From Bacteriovoracaceae bacterium (GTDB lineage Bacteria > Bdellovibrionota > Bacteriovoracia > Bacteriovoracales > Bacteriovoracaceae), in assembly GCA_041586955.1 (NCBI GenBank), contig JBFGZE010000102.1, positions 1 through 10,095 on the forward strand: DNA of 10,095 nt, in the 5' to 3' direction. Below, piece after piece: positions 1 through 7,886 of the stretch. Under the pieces are notes generated by a model that saw only the letters and a list, made by a program, of their open reading frames with translations, had not been told where the DNA came from and searched no databases. Every line of letters starts with the position of its first letter. Position 1 is the stretch's first letter. The position numbers and the translations under genes were made by a program.

Positions 1-3000
1 ATTTTTATTTGGGTTTTGAGCATGCAATTGGGACTTTCCCAAATTATGGCGTCTTATCCCGATACAGATCGAGAGCGTATCGGCCCGCATGTAATTCAAA
101 AGGAGCTAGAGGATCACGGTGCCTGGATTAAGGGGAGTGAGTCCAATCCTTGTCTCGATGAAAACAAGTCACAACCAAAAATGAGTGATGAAGAGATGGA
201 TTCCGCCATTGATGATTTGTTTGGTGGTGGAGAGTCCTCCGCGATTAGCTATGAGGTTAGTCGTTTTGATCAATTAATAAAAGATATGGATAAGAAGGCC
301 TGCGAACTGGGGCAAAGCGAGGACATATTGCTGCCGCAGGCATCGCAAGATCAGCAATGTCAATTGATTAAAGTACCAGGAGAGATTGAAAAGTGGACTC
401 TTGATATCTTAAAAAAGGAAAAAGAAAAAAAAGATATTAAACTTGTTAAAAATGGTATTGCTCTCGTTAATATCGCTCACAAACGTTCTCTTATTTTAAA
501 AGAAAAGCTTGTCCATTTATTGAGAGTAGATGAAGAGGAAAAGGAAGTTCTCCAGGAATTAATTTTAACCTATATTGGCAATGTTCTTATGCCAATGCGT
601 GATTTGTTAATAGTCACAAAAAACTATGACAGTGCAAACCGATTTTCCCTTCTAAACGATCTTATGATTCATTTACCTGATCATCTATTTGACGAGGGAA
701 GTGATTTTCTTACGCGTGTCAGCCTTGGCCCTGATCCTGCTAATAACCCCTTTCATATTCGCCTTAGAGAAGAAGGCCGTTATTTTAAAATGAGTTTTCA
801 AAAAGGCGCGATTATCCAGCGGGATATTCTCGCCTTGATGCGTACCCCAACCATAAAGAATTATATGCAGGCGCTGAAGTGGATGACGTTGCATATGATG
901 ATGTCCCAGGTCTATTTTTATAATAATATTTTAGGACAAGAAACGGAGATTGAATTACCAAAATCTTGTAAAAGTGAGCTCAATGGTATTGGTAATGAGG
1001 CCTTTAAGTTTGAATTCCGTGATATGGGAATGGGCAACCAGCTCAATTTAAAAGATACTAATCCTAATGCCTATACAGATAAACTTTTGGCCGATAATGG
1101 ACTGATCTTTAACCCGATGGATTATCAATTTATTGAGTATTTCCGCGATAATATTAATAAAAATCCAATGCAAGATGGATATTCCGGGCTGATTCCCTTT
1201 GAAAATCAATTCTTGGCGGATCGATTTATGACAAAAAAATCGGTTGCCCTTGATGATATCACTCATCTAGAGCAAGTTTTAGAGCTTAAAATGCCATTGG
1301 CGCAAAATTCATTTATCAGTACTCCAGGGGTCTATAATAACCTCAAGAAGCCGCAAATGAATTATGGTGCGGAATTATGGAAAATGATGATGGAAACACC
1401 TGATGAGTATGAGGTTTATGAAGTTCAGACTCAAAATGGTGAAAGACGTGAATTGGTCCCAGCTCGTCAGAATCTCTCTCTTTATTTAACAGACCTTATG
1501 CAGAAAAAGGGAGTTCTTCACTATACCGAATTAATTGATGAATCCTTAAAGAATAAATTAATGAATACTGATGTGGATATTCCGTTACCTCCACTTTATG
1601 GTTCTTCCTATTGGCGCAATTGGGGCCTTAAAAGTTTGGCCCAGGCACTGACTCGTATTAAAAATGGTAGTCGTAGTACAAAGACCATTGGTGCTAAATT
1701 GGCCAAGCATGCCTGTAAGAAGGCCTTTAGCAAGAGTGGGCGACAAGTGAATTCATTTTGTCGGCGTGATAGTGGACTGAAGATTATTCAAAAAACAATC
1801 GATTATTTGAACCAATATCAATTATTAAGTCCGAATATCCCAACTCGTAGAATTAAAGAGGCCGACTTAGAAAATAGGTATCGGTTTTTGGGGATTTTAT
1901 GGAATTCTTTGCGTGACCACACAGAGGAACTTGGCCCTGCTCGCAGTAACGAGTATGATTTCCTGATCCAACAAATGCAGGCCTATAATCCTTGGGCCAA
2001 AATGCGTTTAAGTTATATTATTGCATTAAATGAATTGGAAAAAACAAAAGACGGCCATACACCTCAATACCAGGCGAGTCATTCTTATTCTGGGTTTAGT
2101 TTGAGTGCCGAATCGAAATGTTATTCTCGCAATATTTCCTCAATTTTAAAGAAATTTAAAACGGCGGGTAAAGAAATGGGACTGGATAAAGTGATCAGCC
2201 CATTTTATGTGCAAAAGATTACCTCTAAAAGTCAAAAACAAAGCATTTGGCAGGAAGTGATTGACGCTGATAAAGAAAGCAGTATGCATTTATTCTCACA
2301 GAATGTGAGGGGTAAGCGAGTGATCGATCATTTAACCAATCTCTCTCAAAAAACTTTGATTCACAAAAACCAAATTAATGAAATCGTTCGCGATAATATG
2401 GGGAAAGGGTTAGACCAACAATCACAGAAGGCGATGGAACAATTATATACAAGTGAGGCCTATCAATATAGCGACTTCTTTTTTAAATTATATAAGGAAC
2501 GCGATATCAAAAAACAAAAGATATTATTAGGGGATTTCTTAAAAGAAAAGCAATTAGGTGAAGAATTTGATGTGAAAATGAATTTCCTACACATTGATAA
2601 TGAAGTTAAGAAAACGATGATGAAGCAAGTTCTTAGAGAAGGGGCCTATAGTCGTAAGATGAAAATTATTGAATCTTTAGATGAGTTTTGTGGCCTTAAA
2701 TATAATGAACACGAAAAAATGAAGGCGATCTTTTATATGACCTCTAAGGCACAAAACCATATTAATTCGCTCTCAGGATTACCAGGGGTACCGGAGCATA
2801 TTATGGAAAAAATTAATTCCATGTCTACTAAGGAATGGGAAGAATTATGGCTTGGTTTAGGCGCTGGTTTCTTAGGAATGGGGGCGATTCTTATTGGCGC
2901 GACTTGTACTGGAGTGACGGGTGGTTTATGTGCACCTCTTGGGGTGGCGATGATGGCCGCTGGTTCAACAGCTATGGGTATGCAGGTGACATTGATTAAT

Positions 3001-4599
3001 CGTGAATTTGATAATAAAAAATTAGGAGATGATTTAAGCCGTCGAGTTCAAATTATGGAGGACCTAGGCTTTACTTCTATGGGGTCTCATGATGAAGTTG
3101 CGCGTAGTTGGTTTTGGACCGCTTTTGAAGTGATTAGTGTCATTCCCATTATTGGAGTCGTTTCTCGTAGTTTAAAAACCGGGCTACGCTTATCCATCAC
3201 CAGCTCAAAAGTCTTGGCCAGTAATATGGGAAAGGTCGGTTTTCGCCAGGCCTGGAAATTGGCCGGACAGGCCGGTAAGACGATTGTTTCGGAAGCTGAT
3301 GTGGAAATGGCAAAATATGTTCTCCGCTACGATAATTTGGCCGACCAGGCGAAGTCCCTCAAATCAACTTTGGGGAGATTGGGGCAAAAGCAAAGGCAGG
3401 CCTTTACTGAGGGGATTGGTCAGATCAAAAAACTAAGGCAATTGCGGCACATGCGAGTAATTTCGCCCAGGCAAATGGCGAAAGAGGTGGCGCGTATCCA
3501 AGGTAAAATAATAACTCTTTTTAAGGGGGCAAATGGGGCCAAAGCGGTTCCCTATACCACTAAAGTCACCCTTGATATGAGTTTTGAGGAAATTAATCAG
3601 CAAACAGCGAAGGTTGTGAGTCGTTATTTTAATGGTAATCCCCAGACACTTCTCAATTTAGTAAAATCATATGACAAGAAAATTGCCAAAGCTGCTAAAC
3701 TTTATAATGGACAAAAATCTCTTCTCGATAAAATTCCTGGTAATCATCGCTTGAGAAAGTTAATGGGGGCCATCCGTTTAAAAGATCTCCATAAAAATGC
3801 AGGTAAATTCCGCGAGATGGAGAGAGAGTTAGAAACCTTGGTGGCACAAGGTGGCGACCTTGAAGATTTTATTTTGAGAAATATCCACGATTTAACAGAT
3901 ATGTTTATTAAAATACCCGTTCGTAAAAGGGAGATTCCTTATTTAGTTTTATGGCAAGGTGCTCCTCATATGGCGGGACGACGTATTGATGGCCTTTCCC
4001 AATTAGGGGATTCTATTAATATGAAAAAGTTTTTTACGGCCCGCTCAAAGTTAATTTATGAAACGGCAAAAGTTCAGGCGAAGGAAGTTCTAGGACTTGC
4101 ACCAGTGATAGGATCAAAAACCGCTTTTGAAAGCTTCAGGGCCTTTGAATTGGCACTTTTAAATGCCGCAGAGGATACCTCTGAAAAAGGTGCCAGTGAA
4201 ATTATGCGCCAATATATACAGCTCCAGGAAAAACTTTCGGTGGCCATTTTTACCAATGCCCAAAATAGGATGATGCGGCCAGGGATTTTTGGTTCTCTTA
4301 AAGAGATGGTGGGGATGGGAGATCATCGTCTTAAAGATATCTTGATGAATGGTGATCGTAAGGCCTTTGATCAAATACTCTTTAGCCCCCAAACTCTACA
4401 AGAAGAGGCGATGGGTGAAGTTTTATGGCGTGCGACTCCTATTGAGAAAATATTTAAATTAGATGAAATGGGGGATTTGGCCCATCGCGTGGCCGAGGAA
4501 TTATCTCATTATGATAATATTGATACTTTTAATGATTACCTGAAGGCGCTCAAAGTTTTAGTTATTAATCGCGACCCTGGTGCTGTTGAAATAATGTAA
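1..4599 (+). CDS. Very large hypothetical exported protein (>1527 aa, probably 5'-partial) with an internal Gly-rich hydrophobic hairpin; function unknown
   Basis: Frame +1 is stop-free from base 1 to TAA at 4597-4599. The ORF track starts at TTG 16, but the frame reads IFIWVLSMQLGLSQIMA-SYPD from base 1, resembling the end of a signal peptide, so the true start probably lies just upstream. Mostly charged, helical-looking sequence, with hydrophobic segments at 2845-3000 and 3109-3162. Followed by a terminator. No family recognised. Confidence 0.9.
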   Translation: MFIWVLSMQLGLSQIMASYPDTDRERIGPHVIQKELEDHGAWIKGSESNPCLDENKSQPKMSDEEMDSAIDDLFGGGESSAISYEVSRFDQLIKDMDKKACELGQSEDILLPQASQDQQCQLIKVPGEIEKWTLDILKKEKEKKDIKLVKNGIALVNIAHKRSLILKEKLVHLLRVDEEEKEVLQELILTYIGNVLMPMRDLLIVTKNYDSANRFSLLNDLMIHLPDHLFDEGSDFLTRVSLGPDPANNPFHIRLREEGRYFKMSFQKGAIIQRDILALMRTPTIKNYMQALKWMTLHMMMSQVYFYNNILGQETEIELPKSCKSELNGIGNEAFKFEFRDMGMGNQLNLKDTNPNAYTDKLLADNGLIFNPMDYQFIEYFRDNINKNPMQDGYSGLIPFENQFLADRFMTKKSVALDDITHLEQVLELKMPLAQNSFISTPGVYNNLKKPQMNYGAELWKMMMETPDEYEVYEVQTQNGERRELVPARQNLSLYLTDLMQKKGVLHYTELIDESLKNKLMNTDVDIPLPPLYGSSYWRNWGLKSLAQALTRIKNGSRSTKTIGAKLAKHACKKAFSKSGRQVNSFCRRDSGLKIIQKTIDYLNQYQLLSPNIPTRRIKEADLENRYRFLGILWNSLRDHTEELGPARSNEYDFLIQQMQAYNPWAKMRLSYIIALNELEKTKDGHTPQYQASHSYSGFSLSAESKCYSRNISSILKKFKTAGKEMGLDKVISPFYVQKITSKSQKQSIWQEVIDADKESSMHLFSQNVRGKRVIDHLTNLSQKTLIHKNQINEIVRDNMGKGLDQQSQKAMEQLYTSEAYQYSDFFFKLYKERDIKKQKILLGDFLKEKQLGEEFDVKMNFLHIDNEVKKTMMKQVLREGAYSRKMKIIESLDEFCGLKYNEHEKMKAIFYMTSKAQNHINSLSGLPGVPEHIMEKINSMSTKEWEELWLGLGAGFLGMGAILIGATCTGVTGGLCAPLGVAMMAAGSTAMGMQVTLINREFDNKKLGDDLSRRVQIMEDLGFTSMGSHDEVARSWFWTAFEVISVIPIIGVVSRSLKTGLRLSITSSKVLASNMGKVGFRQAWKLAGQAGKTIVSEADVEMAKYVLRYDNLADQAKSLKSTLGRLGQKQRQAFTEGIGQIKKLRQLRHMRVISPRQMAKEVARIQGKIITLFKGANGAKAVPYTTKVTLDMSFEEINQQTAKVVSRYFNGNPQTLLNLVKSYDKKIAKAAKLYNGQKSLLDKIPGNHRLRKLMGAIRLKDLHKNAGKFREMERELETLVAQGGDLEDFILRNIHDLTDMFIKIPVRKREIPYLVLWQGAPHMAGRRIDGLSQLGDSINMKKFFTARSKLIYETAKVQAKEVLGLAPVIGSKTAFESFRAFELALLNAAEDTSEKGASEIMRQYIQLQEKLSVAIFTNAQNRMMRPGIFGSLKEMVGMGDHRLKDILMNGDRKAFDQILFSPQTLQEEAMGEVLWRATPIEKIFKLDEMGDLAHRVAEELSHYDNIDTFNDYLKALKVLVINRDPGAVEIM

Positions 4600-4625
4600 A
4601 AACAAACAAAAAAGCTACTGTAGGC

Positions 4626-4658
4626 AAAAAAAAAGGTCATCCGAAGATGACCTTTTTT
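4626..4658. terminator. Bidirectional Rho-independent terminator
   Basis: AAAAAAGGTCATC (4629-4641), loop CGAA, GATGACCTTTTTT (4646-4658): a perfect 13-bp inverted repeat. The + strand ends in T6; the - strand has a C(UUCG)G tetraloop and T9. Lies between convergent stops at 4599 and 4669. Confidence 0.95.
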
Positions 4659-4668
4659 ATTCTCAAAC

Positions 4669-5634
4669 TTATTTAACTTTAAAAAAGCAATTCTTATTCT
4701 GAAGCATATCTACGTACCGATTAAGTACAGGGTTATCGCCTGCTTTTTTACGTAAGATACGGTACCACGTCTCGCGAGGGGTCTCATCTGGTTTCATATT
4801 ATCGCTCACTTCTTTGATAAAGCTACTCCATGTCACCATGTATTCTTCCTGGAACTTCTTATTAGAGTAGAGGCGCCATAATTGCGGATTACTATCATCA
4901 AAGATATTCGCACCATTAGGATTTTTCTTTATGAGGTTAATATAGTTTTGAAAGAAAAGACGATGTGGTTTTGTTTTCTTTGACTTTGACTCACCATAAC
5001 TAAAGGCCAGCGCCAATGACTTTTCTTCAGCGGGGGAGATCGTTGCTTTAGAATAATCACCTAGTTTTAGTTTTCTCACCTGGGCAGCGTTATACACACG
5101 AATATCGCGGGCCGACTTCATCATATTGGAGCTAAGGATCTGCTTAGAGGCGGAATCGGAAAGTGCTTCCATGGTAAACTTAATTCCATGAGAAGCGAGT
5201 TTAGCATCAAAACAAGTGGCACAGCCTAAAACAGAGTTTCCACTGCGTGTGAAGCGGTTTGAAAGATAAATCAGGCCATTGATAACCTCAGTAATATCCT
5301 CTTTGCCAACGTTTGTAGTAGGCTTATCCATTAAAATGAGAATTTTCTTACGAAGGGCAACTTCTTTGGGGGTCCCTCCTAATTCAGTAATTATTTTTTT
5401 AAATTGGGCAGGTGTTGGCATACTCTGAGAATAATTAAGGCCTTTAATGGAGTTTTGGACATAAGTGCGGAGTTTAACGGCACTGCTTTGCTCAAAACCA
5501 TTCTTTGTCAGGACCTCAACTAGGCCTGAATCATTAAAAAGATAATCAATTAATTTGCCTGCGCCTGCGGCGTGTGCCGATAAAGAAAAGGCAAGGAGTA
5601 TACTTAAAAGTATGACGCGAAAAGATCTGGTCAT
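4669..5634 (-). CDS. Secreted hypothetical protein (321 aa), Sec signal peptide, CxxC motif
   Basis: MTRSFRVILLSILLAFSLSAHA-AG is a typical SPase I signal (basic n-region, h-region, A-H-A). SD-like GAGG upstream (CTGAGGGTTAACCC-ATG on - strand). GCATCF at 5212-5223. Ends at the terminator. Confidence 0.88.
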   Translation of the reverse strand: MTRSFRVILLSILLAFSLSAHAAGAGKLIDYLFNDSGLVEVLTKNGFEQSSAVKLRTYVQNSIKGLNYSQSMPTPAQFKKIITELGGTPKEVALRKKILILMDKPTTNVGKEDITEVINGLIYLSNRFTRSGNSVLGCATCFDAKLASHGIKFTMEALSDSASKQILSSNMMKSARDIRVYNAAQVRKLKLGDYSKATISPAEEKSLALAFSYGESKSKKTKPHRLFFQNYINLIKKNPNGANIFDDSNPQLWRLYSNKKFQEEYMVTWSSFIKEVSDNMKPDETPRETWYRILRKKAGDNPVLNRYVDMLQNKNCFFKVK

Positions 5635-5730
5635 GGGTTAACCCTCAGTTAATAAGTTAATATCTAATCAAAAGCCAAAATTGCTCTCATTTCCTATTCT
5701 ATTCTATCTTTTTACTGGGATGTAAAAAAT

Positions 5731-5745
5731 GGGGAATATTTCCCC
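5731..5745. promoter_or_regulatory. Palindrome GGGGAA-TAT-TTCCCC in a divergent intergenic region, possible operator
   Basis: 6-bp GC-rich inverted repeat in an AT-rich 234-bp spacer between divergent starts at 5634 and 5869. Function is inferred only. Confidence 0.35.
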
Positions 5746-5831
5746 TATTAAGCTACGCAGATTCCTGAGCGAGTAATTGTTAAAATCCTGTTAGGTTGCC
5801 AATTTTCAATTACTTAGCTTGTTTAATACCT

Positions 5832-5860
5832 TTGTCAAAGAAGCCTTGGGCCTATAAAAT
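5832..5860 (+). promoter_or_regulatory. Sigma70-type promoter for the nuclease gene
   Basis: TTGTCA (5832-5837), 17-nt spacer, TAAAAT (5855-5860); each is a 5/6 match to TTGACA/TATAAT. The ATG follows 8 nt later. Confidence 0.6.
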
Positions 5861-5868
5861 TACGATCT

Positions 5869-7458
5869 ATGAAAAAAACTTTGTGCTGGGTAGGGTTGCT
5901 GCTTGTAACCTCTGTATATGGAAAAAAACGTACTATTTCGGGTGATGCCCTGAAGAACCGTTTTTATCAAAAGAAATGTGTTGAGATCCGCGATTTTTTG
6001 GTGCGCAAGCAATTTAAGCTTGAGTGCCATGAGTCCTATCATCATTACGGCGCCGATTCCGCCGAACATTTTTACCTTAAGGATAATAAGGACTTACGCC
6101 CTAGCATTAAATTGGCCAGCTTTAATCTCTGGCATCCAGGTAATTTGAAATCAAGTTTCAAGGATTATCGATTATTAGCAGAAATCGTTAATAGCTGGGA
6201 TGTGATGGCCGGACTCGAATTATTGGCCAATATCGGCAAAGATGCCATTCATAATGAACGACTTATTAAGGTCATTAAGGAAGTGAATCGCGATTTAAAA
6301 AACGTGTCTAGTGACGCCCAAAAATTGGTTCTCGAAAAAAAACGCGAAGAGTTACATCGTCTGTATAAGGCACCCGGGTATTATAAATTATTAATGGAGC
6401 TTAAAAAGTTAGATCCTTCTTGGGCGCTTATTTTATCTCCTCGTGGTGAAGCGGCCAAAAGTTTTCATCAACAAGAACTAGTCGGACTTTTTTACCGAGC
6501 GCGTTTGGTGAAGCCTGTGCCCAATGAGCATTGCCGACAGTATATAAATGCTAAAGAGGGAGGGGAGTTTCAGGCCTGTTACCCCAATCTCAGACGCTCC
6601 TTTATGGGGCGCGATGTCCGGAGTGTGTTTTCCAGGCGACCATTTCTCGCTAGCTTTCAGGCGGGGAATTGGGACTTCTCACTTGTTGTCGGGCACGTTA
6701 TTTTTAACTCCCCTGAAGAAGAAGCTCCTATGAAGGACATATTACAAGGCTCCTTTGGCGTCGATCATTATTCGGAGGTGGGCTTTGGCGTTGCTAAGAA
6801 TAATTATGCGCGCTTTGCAGAAGTTAATGTCACCATGGAACTAATGCAGAAATTGATGGCGGAGTACAAAGAAAAGGATGTCCTTTATTTTTCCGATATG
6901 AACCTTAAACCAACCAATCCTTTTTTAAAAAAATTAATGAATCAATATACTAATCTCGACCTTTTTATGAAGAAACCAACAAGCTTGAGTATTAATCGCT
7001 ATGATAAGAAAGGTCGTAGTACTCAAGGCTCGGCTAATAGTTATGACCATTTTGTCTTTGATAAAACCCATACTAGCGAATGTGTGGATGGTGATAAGGC
7101 CCGCTCTTTGCAGCGCCATCATTTTATGCGTGGTAAAATTAGGGCCATGGTAGACAATAAATATCTCGTTCGAGACAACCATATTAAAACCCCTTCAATT
7201 ATTAATAAGGATAAAATTAAGCGTCATTTAAAAAAATACAGAAACCAATTAAAACGAGAAAAAACAATTAAAAGAGGGAAGATCGTCCCCGCTTATTCCA
7301 ATGTGGATATTGAGAGAAAAGTTGCTATCTTTAAATCAAGGGTTTTTACCAGTCAGATTGATACACGGAATTATTATAGGCTCTATAAAGAAATTCTTTC
7401 AGATCATTTTCCGATCTCCATGGAATGCTCTGTTGAGCATTCCGATGACGATCAATAA
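5869..7458 (+). CDS. Secreted endonuclease/exonuclease/phosphatase (EEP, DNase I-like) family protein, 529 aa
   Basis: EEP motifs in the expected order: IKLASFNL (Asn, ~6124), WDVMAGLE (metal-binding Glu, 6217), ELVGLFYR, FSRRPF, VVGHVIF (His), SDMN (GDFN equivalent, 6892), YDHF (7042), SDHFPI (7399). N-terminal signal peptide MKKTLCWVGLLLVTSVYG. Six Cys in the mature chain. Confidence 0.9.
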   Translation: MKKTLCWVGLLLVTSVYGKKRTISGDALKNRFYQKKCVEIRDFLVRKQFKLECHESYHHYGADSAEHFYLKDNKDLRPSIKLASFNLWHPGNLKSSFKDYRLLAEIVNSWDVMAGLELLANIGKDAIHNERLIKVIKEVNRDLKNVSSDAQKLVLEKKREELHRLYKAPGYYKLLMELKKLDPSWALILSPRGEAAKSFHQQELVGLFYRARLVKPVPNEHCRQYINAKEGGEFQACYPNLRRSFMGRDVRSVFSRRPFLASFQAGNWDFSLVVGHVIFNSPEEEAPMKDILQGSFGVDHYSEVGFGVAKNNYARFAEVNVTMELMQKLMAEYKEKDVLYFSDMNLKPTNPFLKKLMNQYTNLDLFMKKPTSLSINRYDKKGRSTQGSANSYDHFVFDKTHTSECVDGDKARSLQRHHFMRGKIRAMVDNKYLVRDNHIKTPSIINKDKIKRHLKKYRNQLKREKTIKRGKIVPAYSNVDIERKVAIFKSRVFTSQIDTRNYYRLYKEILSDHFPISMECSVEHSDDDQ

Positions 7459-7459
7459 A

Positions 7460-7873
7460 TTATAAGCTATTTTTGACTAATTCTGAGGCGCGCTTGCCAT
7501 CAAAGCGACCTTTGATTAGAGGTTGCAATTCTTTCATAATAGCACCCATATTCGGGCCCTCAAGTTTCTTTTTGATACCGGCGATAAGCTCGATAACCTT
7601 CTCCTCCGATAATTCTTCAGGTAAAAAAGTTTTAATAATCTCGATTTCATTTTCAATACCAGGAATCATATCATGACCACTTGGATATTGTGCAAGGCCA
7701 TCTTTTAATTTTTTATGGTACTTAACCACCACATCCATTTCGGCAATTGGTTTTTTTGCCGTCTGATTTTCCATTAACATACTTTTGAGATAGCGCAGGG
7801 CTTGAAGTTTTTCCTTTTCTTTGGCCTTCATTGCCTCTTTGACTTGGGTGTTAATTTGTTCAAGTAGACTCAT
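7460..7873 (-). CDS. yqeY: GatB/YqeY domain-containing protein (137 aa)
   Basis: Characteristic pattern MSLLEQI..QVKEAMKAKEK..L..LR.LKS, EIEIIKTFLPEELSEE, MGAIMKELQPLIKGRFDGKRASELVK. Strong SD upstream. Confidence 0.92.
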   Translation of the reverse strand: MSLLEQINTQVKEAMKAKEKEKLQALRYLKSMLMENQTAKKPIAEMDVVVKYHKKLKDGLAQYPSGHDMIPGIENEIEIIKTFLPEELSEEKVIELIAGIKKKLEGPNMGAIMKELQPLIKGRFDGKRASELVKNSL

Positions 7874-7879
7874 AGGGGA

Positions 7880-7886
7880 CTCCTTA
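7880..7886 (-). promoter_or_regulatory. Shine-Dalgarno site of yqeY
   Basis: The - strand reads TAAGGAG-TCCCCT-ATG. Confidence 0.8.

Noticed and set aside
685..4392. Short minus-strand ORFs 685-894, 1048-1266, 4074-4256, 4159-4392
   Set aside because: Antisense shadows inside the giant ORF, with no recognisable motifs.
5212..5223. CATC as a cytochrome c haem site
   Set aside because: Followed by Phe rather than His, so it is not CxxCH.
5694..5707. CTATT-CTATT-CTAT micro-repeat
   Set aside because: Under three units in AT-rich DNA; too short to suggest phase variation.
5860..7676. Short ORFs 5860-6069, 6548-6733, 6934-7182, 7473-7676
   Set aside because: They overlap the well-supported nuclease or yqeY genes in other frames or strands and do not look protein-like.
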